NCBI GenBank assembly: GCA_027923505.1
Contig: BROI01000015.1
Span: 248,001 to 312,000, forward strand
DNA from: Mayamaea pseudoterrestris
Lineage: Eukaryota
Length of the DNA stretch: 64,000 nt
Reading direction: 5' to 3'
Part shown: positions 35,839-48,713 of the stretch, piece after piece
Layout of the letters: every line of letters starts with the position of its first letter
Numbering within the stretch: the stretch's first letter is position 1
Translations under genes and position numbers: made by a program
The notes under the pieces: generated by a model
What the model saw: only the letters and a program-made list of their open reading frames with translations
The model's database searches: none
Told to the model about the DNA's origin: nothing

Positions 35839-36458
35839 GACGAACTTGAACTGATATACACTCGCCAACGACATGGCCAGCTGCTGTTACATATCGTCAC
35901 ATCGATGCGAGTTGCGTACGAGTTTGAATATGCAAGCCAACGATTCTTGCTGCTCGGGAAGGCGAGCGTGCGGATCTTCGGCAAATGTCCACCATGATTA
36001 TTTGCAGCAAATTTAAAAGACAATGTAACATCAACAAGACTGTAAATGAGCTACAGAGATTTGTACGCGTACTAGACTGGCACGATCATACTCGTAGCTG
36101 AGCTATCCTGCTACTGTACTGAAATTGATAGCTCGGGCTCCGTCACACTCATCTACACTACCGGTACCGGTACCGGTAGGGTTTCGCGCCTCTATGCCGC
36201 GCCCGCCAGCTCCGGCACGCGCCTCATGCGTTGAATCGCTAACTGAAAATTGTGTTCCCAACGTCAGCCGAGCATCTGCGTTACTCACAGTCGAGGCGCG
36301 CCAAGTGCGACATAGGGTTAGACGCCGAGCGAAAACGCGCGATGGCAAGCACATGCTGCTGCCTCTTGCCCTTGACGGAAGCCTTGGAGGAGAGTTTGCT
36401 AAAGTCTACTACCGTTTGCAACTATTGGAAAACTTCTCCACAAAAGAAGCGCCAAACA

Positions 36459-39400
36459 ATGGTCGTATTTTCCAAGTTACTAATTCCCATTGACGAAGAT
36501 TCGCATAAATATTGCACCAAGCCGCAACAGCAGCAATCAGCAGCAACAGCCAATGAGGATACCGATAGTACGACTGATGGAAGCGACGAGTCAATTCATC
36601 CTGTAGAAGATGTAAACTTGGAGGAAACCCTTCAAGTCTATGCGGATGAGACAGTTGATCCTCGTGATCAAGTAATGGACGAGCTGACGAAGCGACTCTC
36701 AATAACCTTTCGGTTGGAAGAAAAAATAATTGAAACCGTTTCATCCTCTCCCGACGAGGACAAGGAAGAAACTCCGGCGACCAGTAGCAGCAGCAGTTCC
36801 TGTAGCGCCAGTCAATCATCATTGGAGGAAGTGGAGGAAAAGGAATCGCCTGCAAAAGAGTGTCAAAGTGAAGGAGAAACGCATTCAACGCCATTATTGC
36901 CACCGCAAGACGGACAAGCTCCCCAACACCATGACTCATTGGCCAATTCCAGTTCCATTCACTTGCATGAGAATGTAGAAGAAAAGAAGGACGACTCGCA
37001 TGACGCTCATGCGTTGCTTGCGCGATTGGAGGCTGAATCGCAACAAAGTGCGCAACAGGAAATTGAACACATACTTTTGATGCAACGAGACGGAGTCGCC
37101 GAGGCGAATACTCCCATCAAGTCCAATGTACGATCACCGCAAAAGCTGTCGATTGAAGCACTTGACCAGCTTTCATGCGATCAGCAGGACGGCAGCAATT
37201 CAGTAGTAGAACCGGATCGGGAGGAGTACTCGGACGGCAGCAGCAGTTTGGGTGGATTCGTCAGTGCCAAGGAGGAGCTTTCCGTTCCAACCACTCCGGA
37301 ACGAATGGGAGATCAATCTGTCGAACAAGATGAGCCTTTCATCGGTGTTAGTGCGCCGGAACAGCCTCTTGAAGAATCTTTACTGTCGGAAGGCGAGTCT
37401 TTTGCGATGGAAACTGACAAAGCGGCAAGACTAGTGGACGACTTGCATGTAGACTTGGCAGTTACAGAGATAGCTGAATCTCAAGGGACGATCCATGAGT
37501 CATTTGTCGACGATGAATTAGTCGCGAAAGAAAATGACAAGGAGCTGGAGGAGACGGAACCGCATGGACTCCCTCCTTCACTCTCTGTCGATGACGAAGT
37601 ACTTGAACGCGATGGTGCAGAGCAAGCGACTTACGAATGTCAGTTGGCTTCTACTGGTAGTGGGGCGGATCAAAGCGCCATTGAAATTGATATGCAGGCT
37701 GAATCGCCAGCGACTCAGCCACCACTGCCGCCGTCGTCGATTAGTTCAACTCCTTTGTTGCAAGACGCTGCACTCCTAGAAAGTACGAATGAGCTTGCCG
37801 AAGTAAGCGAAGGAGAGTGCACACTACAGCGTGGAATTAAAGGCGCCCAATTGCCAGACGACCTGCTTGAAAAGGAATGGAAGCCGAGCGTTGACAGCAT
37901 TCCCAACGAAACTAACGCTGATGTCGACATAGATAAAGCGTCGGATGTAGTGTTGGAGGCTCGGATGGGGCAACTACTCGAAAATGTGCATGGGTCGGAC
38001 TCTCAAGGCGAGACGTCGACGAGTGATATGGCTCATGGCGAACTCTCACTCGAGGCAGGGCACGTCCTTTCCAGTTGTATTTCGGACGACTCGGGTGTTT
38101 TGGATCCAATTGATGCTGGGGGAGGTTGTTTGCATGACGATAGTGCAAGTGTTACTTCGTCGCCAGCGACGACGCCAGGAAGGAAACGTAAGGGTTTCTT
38201 TGGAAAATTGAAGAAAAAACTTACGCAGAAGGAAGGAAGCCCGCCGAAAGTTAATATGACTCTCTTAAGAAAGAACAATATGTCCGACGTATCCCTGCAA
38301 AACTCACCATGCGAGCAAGAGGTGCCTCCAAGATTGCCAGACCTAGGGACTATGGCTTCGACACTTGACAGTTCGGGAATGCAAACGCCGCAGGTAGAGC
38401 GTAATTTACCAATGGACTCGTTTGAGTTTGCAGACAATGATGATGGCGACAGTCGATCGTTACCCCAGAATAGACGCGATCAGCCTCTTTTTTGCAACGA
38501 CTCGCCTGGCTCTAACTGTCAAGACAGACTGAATGATTCTTCTATATTGATCACACCTGCATCGCAATTGTCGTCAGGTTCAGGGCCGGTGGACGAAATC
38601 TCGATTTTATCACAAACAGGAAACTCGTCTTTGGCAGCGCCGAAGCGACGATTATCTGTGCGTGCGTCACACGAAGTGGCGCATGTTTTTCGACCACCGC
38701 GCTCATCATCGTCAATAACAACCCCCGTACCTTCGAGAACAGCCTCGCCTCACCCAAGTCAGGGACCATCGCCAGGATCAAGTCAACTCAGTAGCTCTTC
38801 ATCCGCATATAATGGACTTCAGATGCGACCACATTTGCCAGCTTTTGCTGGCGTGCGCGAGAGCTTCATCTTGCCTCCGCAGCACCGAAAAGAATCAGCG
38901 ACGCGCGTAATGACGCGATTGATTCGGAAAGACTTGTGGAGTCATGACTCTGCCCAAGTTGAGAGCGCCTTGTTATATCTCGCTGACGTTGCCAGTGATC
39001 CAGAAAAGGTCGCATTGATTGCTCGAACCGGAGGATTGCTAGCAATTGTCAATTGCATGGAGCAACACACAATGCATGCTGGTATTCAGGTCGCCGCTTG
39101 TAAGGCTTTAGAAAAGTTAGCTCTGGATTCCGACAATGAGTTGGCGATTGGTGAAGTCGGTGGTTTAGAGGCCATTCAGGGTGCCATGATGACCCATTTT
39201 GGAGATACGCGTGTACAGGAAGCAGCGTGGGCGGCCATGTGGAATCTTAGTTGTGGCAATGCCGATTGCGGTTCGTTGAACCATGGTGGTTTGGTGAGTG
39301 AACGTTGATCAGTAGCAGTGAACTAGTGTACCTTTCTGTGGTAAACCTCTGATCCTAATTGCCTCTTCATTTAATCGGTTTAGGTTGCATGCATGACGCG

Positions 39401-39674
39401 TCACGCCGATGATGCACAAGTGCAAAGAAATGCTTGCGGCACGCTCGCAAATTTGTGTCTGGACGATGGCGAGCGACTGACCGCTCTGGCTCATGCCGGC
39501 GGGTTTGTTGCAATGGCTACGGCGCTTGAGAAGTTTTGGCGAGACGACGACGTGAAGAATGAAGCTGCACATGCATTAGTGCAGCTGCTAGGACCGGCGG
39601 CGGAGTCCTACGAAGTTCCGACGGACCACGTGCACATGTCTTCCTCTAATGATTGGACAGAAGAAGAGGCATAG
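36459..39674 (+). CDS. Armadillo-repeat protein with long acidic disordered N-terminus
   Basis: ARM units GGLLAIVNCM..IQVAACKAL, GGLEAIQGAM..VQEAAWAAMWNL and VQRNACGTLANL. Intron 39294-39383. Start may be 36342. Confidence 0.85.
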
Positions 39675-40735
39675 TGAAAGACTTTATAGATTTTAAGCTT
39701 ACATTGTTGTGTTTGAACCATTTGTTGGTGATTTCGTTCGTTCAATGACTCAATTAGAAAATCATGCAAAGCTTTTATAAATGTGATACACTGAAAAGAC
39801 ATTGACGAGGCGAATTTTGTCCTCCTTCTTGCACACCAATACCATTGACCTTGCGCTTGCTTAGGATGCATTGTGCATTCGAGTGATGATTTGCATTTGC
39901 GGAGCTCTAAAAGCTCTATATTCGCGAGGATGCCGTTGCCGTGTGATATCGAGACCCGAGGCGATAGAATCGACATTGCGTTTCATTTGTGGGCATACTC
40001 TGGCACAATCGGCCAAGTGAGTTAAATACATATTGTACTTTGGCGCCAACCCGCTTTCATCGTAATCGTACTAGTGGCACAATCGGCGAGCGATGATGTT
40101 AAATACTGTACACGCGAAGAGTGAGTAAATATGAGGAGTTAGATATATTGCGTCATGGGTGCGGATATTGAAGTAAAAAGTACTTTAACGCTCACGGTGA
40201 AACAAGATACAGTTTGAATGTACACTATTGACGTCACATATTTGGTGAACGCACGACTCCTTGGCTGAAAACGTGGATTCGATCGTGCCGCTGCTGCTGC
40301 TGCCTTGGCTCGGCTCTTCTGCAGCAATCCTGCCCATAAAACAGCAACAGACTATAACTCGATTGAGATATATAATCAAAAACTCCCTGCAGGTTGGCGT
40401 GATGGCGTGGCGCCATGTTTACTCTTTCGCGAGTAGTTTCCAATGTGGAAATCGCCAATGGTTTGGTATGGCTATGGCCCTGGTCGTGCCATTTGTATTG
40501 CCAGGTCGTAGAATGAGTCAATGGTCATGATTTGAATTAAGCCATCACATTGGACGCTTCTTGCCTTACTGCATGCCGGTTGGTCGTCGTTTTATTCCAT
40601 TGGTTACTTGCGTCCGTAACAAAACGCTTCCGATGATCCAGCGTCCAACTGCTGCTCGCTTCAATGCATTATACAATCACCAGTACTCGTAAGCAAGAGG
40701 ATAGCTGCTGAATCAAGACTGAACGACCAAGCACC

Positions 40736-41555
40736 ATGAACTTGAACCTTTACGAACGACACGACTCTTCCAGCTCTTCCGAGAGCAGCAGCAGTTGGGG
40801 CGACTTTGACGACGACAGCTTTTGCAAGGATTCTGTCGCTGGCCAGCGTCCATCTTGCCCTCGCAATCCTGCGCCATCCACAGCTCTCTCGACAGAATCG
40901 ACGACAAACGGTGCACTATCCAGCTATTGCAAAGATTCTGCCTTGGCGATGCATAACAGTGACGACGACGAGAGTGACATGGAAAGCTTTGGCAAGAATT
41001 CCTTGGCAGCAAAGGATCAACCACATCCGCCTCGGCGTCATCAAAAAACCAGCAGCTCGTTCCACGGCCGCGACGGACGACGAGAGCGACAGTAGCAGGG
41101 ATGATGATGATGTAGAGAGCTTCTGCCGCGATTCACTGGTCAATTTGGGACGCAAGTCTGTATTTAGACCCAAGAGGCCGCCGTTGCAGCAACCAGAGCC
41201 AAAACCGATCCTTAAGCAGCCGATCCAAGCAGCAATCACACACAAAACGTCTGCTTCGTCAGATTCTCCTTCCCCTCAACGGCCTCCTCCGCCAACGTTA
41301 CTGCAGCTTAGCAAGGCTCTCTTCGTTTCAAGTCTTTCGCTCAACGGACCATCGACGCACGAACCATCATACACACACCAGTTTGACCTCGCCGACGATG
41401 ATGCCGGCAGTGAGTGCTCTGACGATTTAGCAAGTGACGACGAGGGCTGTGCGTGCACTGCCAAGAATACTACGCATACGATTGCCCATACGCTCGACTT
41501 TTCGCACATGCAAAAGCGGCCGCTCGAGACGCGCATGGGATCGCGGGCGGCGTAG
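40736..41555 (+). CDS. Acidic low-complexity protein split by an apparent frameshift near 41070
   Basis: Motif S[FY][CG][KR][DN]S occurs three times in ORF 40736..41095 and once in the overlapping frame (SFCRDSL). Confidence 0.55.
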
Positions 41556-41847
41556 ACTTTTGTTTAACATTACTCTAGCAAAACGAGGCAAATGTATCTG
41601 TAAGTGGATCATTGCCAACTATCAGTAATTTGACTTGGAACGGGTCGTCTCAAGGAGTAGCAATCTCTGAAGCGAAAAGCAAGGTGTATAATCCTCTTTT
41701 AAAAACATTATATCGTATGAGCCTCGGCAACTTGCGGAACGGATTAGTTTTACACATTCCTAGCAAATGGTCTATCATACATGCAGTAAATTCCTTCGCA
41801 ACGTGTTAGTTAGTGCGATATTTAGTAACGCCTCGCCATTGCACCAT

Positions 41848-42660
41848 TTAGAACACTTCCTTGATCGGTGGCCGCCAATCCTCGTCTATCGATTGCTGCT
41901 GCACTTGACGACTAGCTTTTTCATCCTCTCGTCTGTTTCGTCGTTCAATCAAGTCCTCTAGCGTGTATCCAAACAAATGTTCCCGATAATACAGTAGCCA
42001 GTTGGCGCATTGCGCTCGTCGCGTCTTGTTTGGCGTCAGCGTGGCAATTTTAAAGCCATCGAATCCCATTGGTTTCAAATGTAGTCTAAGCTGCTGCTTG
42101 TGCTCGGCAGGTATACTACGCACGAGTTGTTGATTGGCCCTTAAACTTGGTTCATCCACTTGCTTGCTGTAGACTCGTTGCATGCCGATAAAGTCTGGTG
42201 GATCTGGATACTTGTCGCGCCACTTTGGGAAGACTTTCTCACAAGTCCATGCGCCATTGGCGAATCTATAACCCAAGCACTTCCAGACTAAAGTATTGAC
42301 TTCCAAATCAGTGCAGTTGCCTCGTACAATGCGAAGAATATTATCATTGACAAGTTCATTCGCTCGAGGTTCTCCATCTCGTGACACTACGAAATCCCCA
42401 TGACCAACAGGACCAACATTGCGATAGTTGAAATCTGCAGCTAATAGAAAAGGTTCCAGTCTTATATCATTTGTATCTGGCTGTGCTGGTAATGCGGAAG
42501 GCAGGTCGCCAGAGTCTGTCGATGGCTCTAATGTCGATCCACCGTCGAAGCGAGGACCAACCGAGCCTGTAAAAGTCCGTTGCTTCTGATGCACGAAGAC
42601 ATACGCCTGGCTGCTAAGAGCTATTATGAATACCTCTAGAACTATTAGTCGGTGTCTCAT
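41848..42660 (-). CDS. DUF1823-like protein, probably plastid-targeted
   Basis: VNTLVWKCLGYR, WRDKYPDPPDFIG, LVRSIPAEHKQQLR and LTPNKTRRAQCANWLL resemble cyanobacterial DUF1823. Signal-like N-terminus ends SQA|YVF. Confidence 0.8.
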   Translation of the reverse strand: MRHRLIVLEVFIIALSSQAYVFVHQKQRTFTGSVGPRFDGGSTLEPSTDSGDLPSALPAQPDTNDIRLEPFLLAADFNYRNVGPVGHGDFVVSRDGEPRANELVNDNILRIVRGNCTDLEVNTLVWKCLGYRFANGAWTCEKVFPKWRDKYPDPPDFIGMQRVYSKQVDEPSLRANQQLVRSIPAEHKQQLRLHLKPMGFDGFKIATLTPNKTRRAQCANWLLYYREHLFGYTLEDLIERRNRREDEKASRQVQQQSIDEDWRPPIKEVF

Positions 42661-42907
42661 GACAAGATAAATGAATCGTTCTCTATCGAAATCACAACAA
42701 GGAAGAAACAAAAGTGAGACGCAGCGTGCCGGAATGATCGCGACGCATCGGATGGTCGTCACTATTTAAATGTCGCACCAGTTATCGATCATTTGCGATG
42801 CGACATCATCAGTCCCTCCAATGCGGGTGGGCACCATGACGACGAGTGAGCGGCCATTGCGTGAAATTCATTTACTGGTACACTACGAGTAAGAGACTGC
42901 TGCTGTA

Positions 42908-45782
42908 ATGGCATCCCAACGAAGTGAAGACAATGGCGATAATTTTGTTTCAGACCCAGTGTTGAGCAATTATCCAGACTATCAAAAGGATGAAGGTGAG
43001 GGATGATGAATGATGAGGGAGACTGGCGGACGAGAGAGAGGTAGAGTAATCCTCAACCTAATCGATGCGAAGAAACTCAATCTTATATTGTACTGACTAT
43101 ATAATTTCTCTATTGATTGGAACAGAAATCTTTTCCAAATTCCTGCAGCAGCATACTTCGCTCGCAGTCGTTTCACTCGCCGGAACGGACGATAGCGATG
43201 AGGATGAATCCATGATGCTTAACCCAACGGCATCTGCAACGACTGGAACGCGTCGAGAGCTTTGTTATCGGCAGCATTTGCAGCGAATCAAGGATAGACG
43301 TTACTATGAGAGCGAACATTTAGCGCCAAGCGAGGCTGCTGCTGCATCTTCTCCGTTTGCCTCGAATACCTTTGTCGTTGAAGTACCACTCGATGAGCTC
43401 AAGAACTTTTCCATTGAAGGTGGAGACTTGGCACAGCGAGCCGCTAACAATACCATGCGTTACCAAGAACTATTTTGCAATGTCATTGATCAGACGCTCG
43501 CGCAAATGCAACCATCGGCTGGTCGCAACAATGTTCATCGCGTCGGAGTCATTCGCGATCCCATTGACATTCTACAGGAGCAGCGACTACAGCAGGACCA
43601 AATTCGTCGCCAACAGCAGGACCAGCAGGATGCTAACAATGGAATCAACAACATTTACGCTGGTAATGCCAATTTCGAACAAGACGACCAGCAGCAAAAC
43701 CAGCAGCAACGCACAAATGCGCAGGAAATGATTCCACCAGTCCTACTGCGACGATACGAGCTGCGCATCCTTCCCTTTGGGCGGCCAGGAACAATGCCCC
43801 CGTTTGATCGACATGTTGTCAAGCGTGCAAGTGCTGACAAGAGCTCATCGACACTGGTCGGTGCCAGTCTTCGCAATGTTCGCTCCAAGGCCATGGGACA
43901 TTTGGTGACAATTACTGGAATGATTGTTAGGGCATCCGATGTGAAACCTTCACTGATTGTGGCCGCCTACTCGTGCGACGCATGTGGCGTGGAAGTCTAC
44001 CAAGTGGTTCAGAACAAGCGCGAGTTCATGCCGCAGCGTGCTTGTCCCAATGCTGACTGCAAGCAACCTGATACACTGCACTTGCAAACGCGGGCGAGCA
44101 AATTTTGCAAGTTTCAAGAATTAAAGCTTCAAGAATTGCCGAACCAAGTGCCAATGGGGCACGTACCGCGAAGTTTGAGTGTCTACTGTCGGGGCGAGTT
44201 GACCCGATTAGCGCTTCCGGGCGACGTGGTGACTATTGACGGCGTCTTTTTGCCACAGCGCCTGGCTGAGTCGGGCTACCGTGCAATGCAGGCTGGTTTG
44301 ATTACAACCACATACTTGGAGGCACAACACGTTCACGTGCACAAGAAGTCGTACGACGAGTCGCTCTTGGCGGATGGTAGCTTATCGGAAGAAGAAGTTG
44401 CGCGACTGACTGCACAGATTATGGAAATTGCCACAAGCAGCGACGATCCGATTGGGCGACTGGCTAGATCCATTGCGCCAGAAATCTTTGGTCATGAAGA
44501 TATTAAGCGAGCGCTGCTTTTGCAGCTTGTGGGTGGGTGTACGCGAACACTGCCCGATGGAATGAGAATTCGAGGCGATATTAACATTTGTCTCATGGGC
44601 GATCCAGGAGTGGCAAAGTCCCAGGTAAAAATGAATATGCAGTTTGTGAACATGCTGTCTTTCGTTACGTGTTACTCAATCTTGCCTTTTACTCTGATGC
44701 AGCTTTTGAAGCAGATTGCATCAATTGCTCCGCGAGGTGTTTATACGACTGGCAAGGGTTCTTCCGGCGTCGGCTTAACGGCGGCCGTAACTAAAGACAT
44801 GGCAACAGGAGAAATGGCATTGGAAGGAGGAGCGCTTGTGTTAGCTGACCGAGGTATTTGCGCCATTGACGAATTTGACAAAATGGACGAAGGCGATCGC
44901 ACAGCAATTCACGAAGTCATGGAGCAGCAGACTGTGTCAATTGCAAAGGCGGGTATTGTCGCTACCTTGAATGCCCGCGCTGCTGTTTTAGCGGCAGCAA
45001 ATCCGCTGTATGGACGTTATAATCGATCAAGGTCGTTGTCTGAAAATGTGAATCTTCCAAACTCGCTGTTGAGTCGATTCGATCTTATGTTTTTGATTCT
45101 TGACCTGGCGGATGTTGATAAAGACACTGCTCTTGCTCGGCACGTTACGTTTGTGCACCAAAACGAAGGTTTGGAGCGCTCAAGGGGCGATGATGACGAC
45201 TCAGACACAGATGAAGCACCTAATCGCAATGGTGGGGCCGATAAGAATGTAATCCCTCCGCGTGTGCTGCGCGAATATATTTCCCGTGCACGAAGGCATC
45301 AGCCTGTTGTTCCACCTGATGTGGCACCTTATATTGTCGAAGCATATGTTTCGCTTCGCATGCAGGATCGACCTGGTGGACGAGCCCGCAAGCAGGGAGA
45401 CCAAACGTCAATGACAGCACGACAGCTTTTATCCATTTTGCGCTTGAGTCAAGCATTGGCCCGCCTTCGGTTTTCGGACTTTGTCGCCCGGGAGGATGTG
45501 GACGAAGCGATTCGGTTGACGCACATGAGTAAGGCTAGTTTGGAAGATAATGATGACGATAATGGACGTAGACGTCGGGGTGAGGATGTCATGTCGCGGG
45601 TGTTTCACATCATTCGTGATTTTGCTACGGTGTCGGGGTCGAACGAGCTGGAGATTAGTCTTTGCGAAGCCATGGTGCTGCGCAAGGGCTTTACGTCGCA
45701 GCAATTGCAGGCTTGTTTGGAGGAATACGAGGGGTTAAACGTGATCCGGATCAATAGTGAACGTACAAGATTGACGTTTTAA
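42908..45782 (+). CDS. MCM7: DNA replication licensing factor MCM7
   Basis: Zn motif YSCDACG..CPNADC, LQTRASKF.KFQE, QVPMGHVPR, MGDPGVAKSQ, IDEFDKM, LLSRFDL. Introns 42996-43125 and 44625-44702. Confidence 0.95.
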
Positions 45783-45995
45783 AGATGCGTCTTTACGCAA
45801 CACGATATTTATGAACTAAATTGACACTAATCTTATAGTGCATAAGCTCTTGGCATTCTTTGTAGAAATAAATAGGTGGAAGGATGCAACATGCTTAGGC
45901 AAAGCTGATTGGAGCAACAATTTTCAAACACTGAAACGAAATTGCATAAATAAGCTCAAAGAACAATCCAAAATCTTTACCCAGAAGTTCGCGAG

Positions 45996-46246
45996 CCAGC
46001 CAACTCATCTTGTAGTGCACCTGAAATGAGGATGTTAGCACCATTCTGGCATGATTTAGGCATACACGTGGCTCTAGATTTGGGCATTTGAAAATCATGG
46101 CATCTGCTGGCTGAGACTGGTGACAAGTCGTCACCAATCGCGGTCCACTGAGGGACTAGCCAGTCAATGCATCTTGTAGCGCACCTAAAATAAGGAAGTA
46201 AGCAACGTTCGGGCTTGATTCAGGTATACACATGACTCTAGGTATG
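45996..46246. repeat. Satellite B (~165-bp unit), left arm, ~1.5 units
   Basis: CATCTTGTAGxGCACCTGAAAT..CATACACGTGGCTCTAG..GACTGGTGACAAGT, matching units at 47462-48004. Confidence 0.85.
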
Positions 46247-46250
46247 TATG

Positions 46251-47447
46251 TGTCCCCAAACATAGCCAGAGCGGATTCTATGGAAACAAGACTATTGTGG
46301 GTAGTCTTTGAAGATCACACACTGTAGCACCATGGAGCTGGTTCCTGTGTAAACATCTGCTTCCCAAACAACTGAGGCTACACATGAGCTGGGAATGATT
46401 GTTATGCACCAATCTCACCGGATACGTGTCCCCATGCACAGCCAGAACATAATTCATGGAACAAGACTATTGGGGGTAGTCTTTGAAGGCCACATACTGT
46501 AGCATAATGGAGCTGGTTACTGTGTGGACCTCTGCCCTCCCAAAAAACTAATGCTACACAAAAGCTGGGAATGATTGTTATGCACCAATGCCACCGCATA
46601 CGTGTCTCCAAGCATAGCCAGAGTGGATTTCATGGAACAAGACTATTAGGGGTAGTCTTTGAAGGCAACACATTGTATTGTTATGGAGCTGAATACCGTG
46701 TGGACCACTGCCCTCACAAACAACTGATGCTACACATGAGCTGGGTATGATTGTTATGCACCAATCTCACCGCATATGTGTCCCCAAGCATAACCAGAAC
46801 ATAATACATGGAGCAAGACTATTTTTTGGGGTAGACTTTAAAGGCCACACACTGTAGCACCATGGAGCTGGTTACTGTGTGGACCTCTGCCTTCCTAAAC
46901 AACTGATGCTACACATGAGCTGCGAATGATTGTTATGCAACAATCTCACTGCATACATGTCCCCAAGCATAGACAGATCATAATTCATGAAACAAGACTA
47001 TTGGGGATAGTCTTAGAAGACCACACACTGCAGCAACATGGACCTGGTTACTGTGTGAACGTTGCCCTCCCCAACAACTGATGCGACACATGAGCTGCGA
47101 ATGATTCTTATACACCAATCTCTTTGCATACATGTCATCAAGCATAGACAGAACAGAATTCATGGAGTAAGACTATTGGGGGTAGTCTTTGAAGGCCACA
47201 CACTGTAGCACCATGAATCTGGTTACTGTGTGGTTGTTGCCCTCCCAAACAACTGATGCTACATGATGTGATCTGGGAATGATTGTTATGCACCAATCTC
47301 ACTGCATACGTGTCCCCAAGCATAGCCAAAACAGAATTCATGGAGCAAGACTATTGGGGTAGTCTATGAAGGCCTCACACTGTAGCACCTTGAGCTGGTT
47401 ACTGTTACTGTGTGGGTGTCTGCCCCCCAAACAATTGATACTACACG
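46251..47447. repeat. Satellite A (~175-179-bp unit), ~7 diverged tandem copies
   Basis: Anchor (C/T)AAGACTATT recurs at ~46287, 46462, 46638, 46814, 46993, 47168 and 47346. Confidence 0.95.
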
Positions 47448-47461
47448 CAGTGTACTAATTG

Positions 47462-48004
47462 ACCAGCCAGTCAATGCATCTTGTAGCGCACCTGAAAGTT
47501 AGCACCATTTTGGCTTGATTTGGGCATACACATGGCTCTAGGTATGGGCATATGAAAATTACGGCATGTGCAGACTGGTGACAAGTTGTCACCAATCACA
47601 TTGCCATCTACTGAGCCACAAGCCAGTCAAAATTTCTTGTAGAGCACCTGAAATGAGGATGTTAGCACCATTCTGGCTTGATTTGGGCATACACGTGGCT
47701 CTAGGTATGGGCATTAGAACATTATGGCATCTGCAGGCTGAGACTGGTGACAAATTGTCACCAATCACATTGCCATCTATTGAGCCACAAGCCAGTCAAA
47801 ATATCTTGGTAGAGCACTTGAATTATGCATGTTAGCACCATTCTAGCTTGATTTGAGCATACACGTGGCTCTAGGTATGGGCATTTGAAAATCATGGCAT
47901 CTGCTGGCGTGAGACTGGTGACAAGTTGTCACCAATAACATTGCAGGCCACTGAGGGACCAGCCAGGCAATGCATCTTGTAGCGCACCTGAAATTAGGAT
48001 GTTA
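47462..48004. repeat. Satellite B (~156-171-bp unit), right arm, ~3.2 units
   Basis: Palindrome TGGTGACAA-N-TTGTCACCA at 47576, 47745 and 47916. Confidence 0.9.
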
Positions 48005-48713
48005 CCATACTTGCTTTCAGTATGTGTTGTTTGGAAGTCTCTATTGTATGTGGTTGAGCCATGCTCTGGCACAGTAGCTTTCTATATTTGCTGTTGTTTT
48101 AGCAACACACTTATGTAGTATCTTGCCAGCCATTACACCTCCCAGCAAGCCTTGCGCACACCTTTTTTAATGTGTCCTACAATTGCTTCTACATGTCTGT
48201 TGTACGTTTCTCCTCCACATCCCTTGAGCCATTCTGCTACCTTTTTATACCTCTGCCAGATACTTGCTGTAGCGCTTGCCAGTGTGACAATCCATAGCCA
48301 TGAATGTTAGGCCTGATTTGCAACCAAATGTATATTCATTCACACTTCTGTTGTATCTTGTTAGATGATAGACGATTAACAGTTTTTCATATATTTATCG
48401 CAAAGGTTGCTTCCATACACTTGCATCATCGAACACAGTCATCGATTTAAGTGCATCTACATCTGCATTCACTGTCAATACAAACTGTCATCCAAGGCGT
48501 AGTCTATTCAGACACACAACTGAATCCATAAACCGAGCCCCCTACCGGTAGACAGAATACGAGTACTAGCTCATATCCAAGGTACGTACGTTTACTACCG
48601 GGTAGTATCGACGTTGGAGAACCGATGCGACAGCATTGGCACGACAAAATTCACGATCCGATCGACCACAAAGCATCGCGTCGACACAACTCGTTACTGT
48701 ACACTGTACCATC

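Noticed and set aside
46251..47447. CRISPR array or tRNA/snRNA gene cluster
   Set aside because: Whole units are homologous with no unique spacers, and no cloverleaf or box A/B pattern was recognised.
47576..47594. Satellite B dyad as fused copia LTR ends (shares GTGACA/TGTCAC)
   Set aside because: Only a 6-bp match, with no further LTR similarity.
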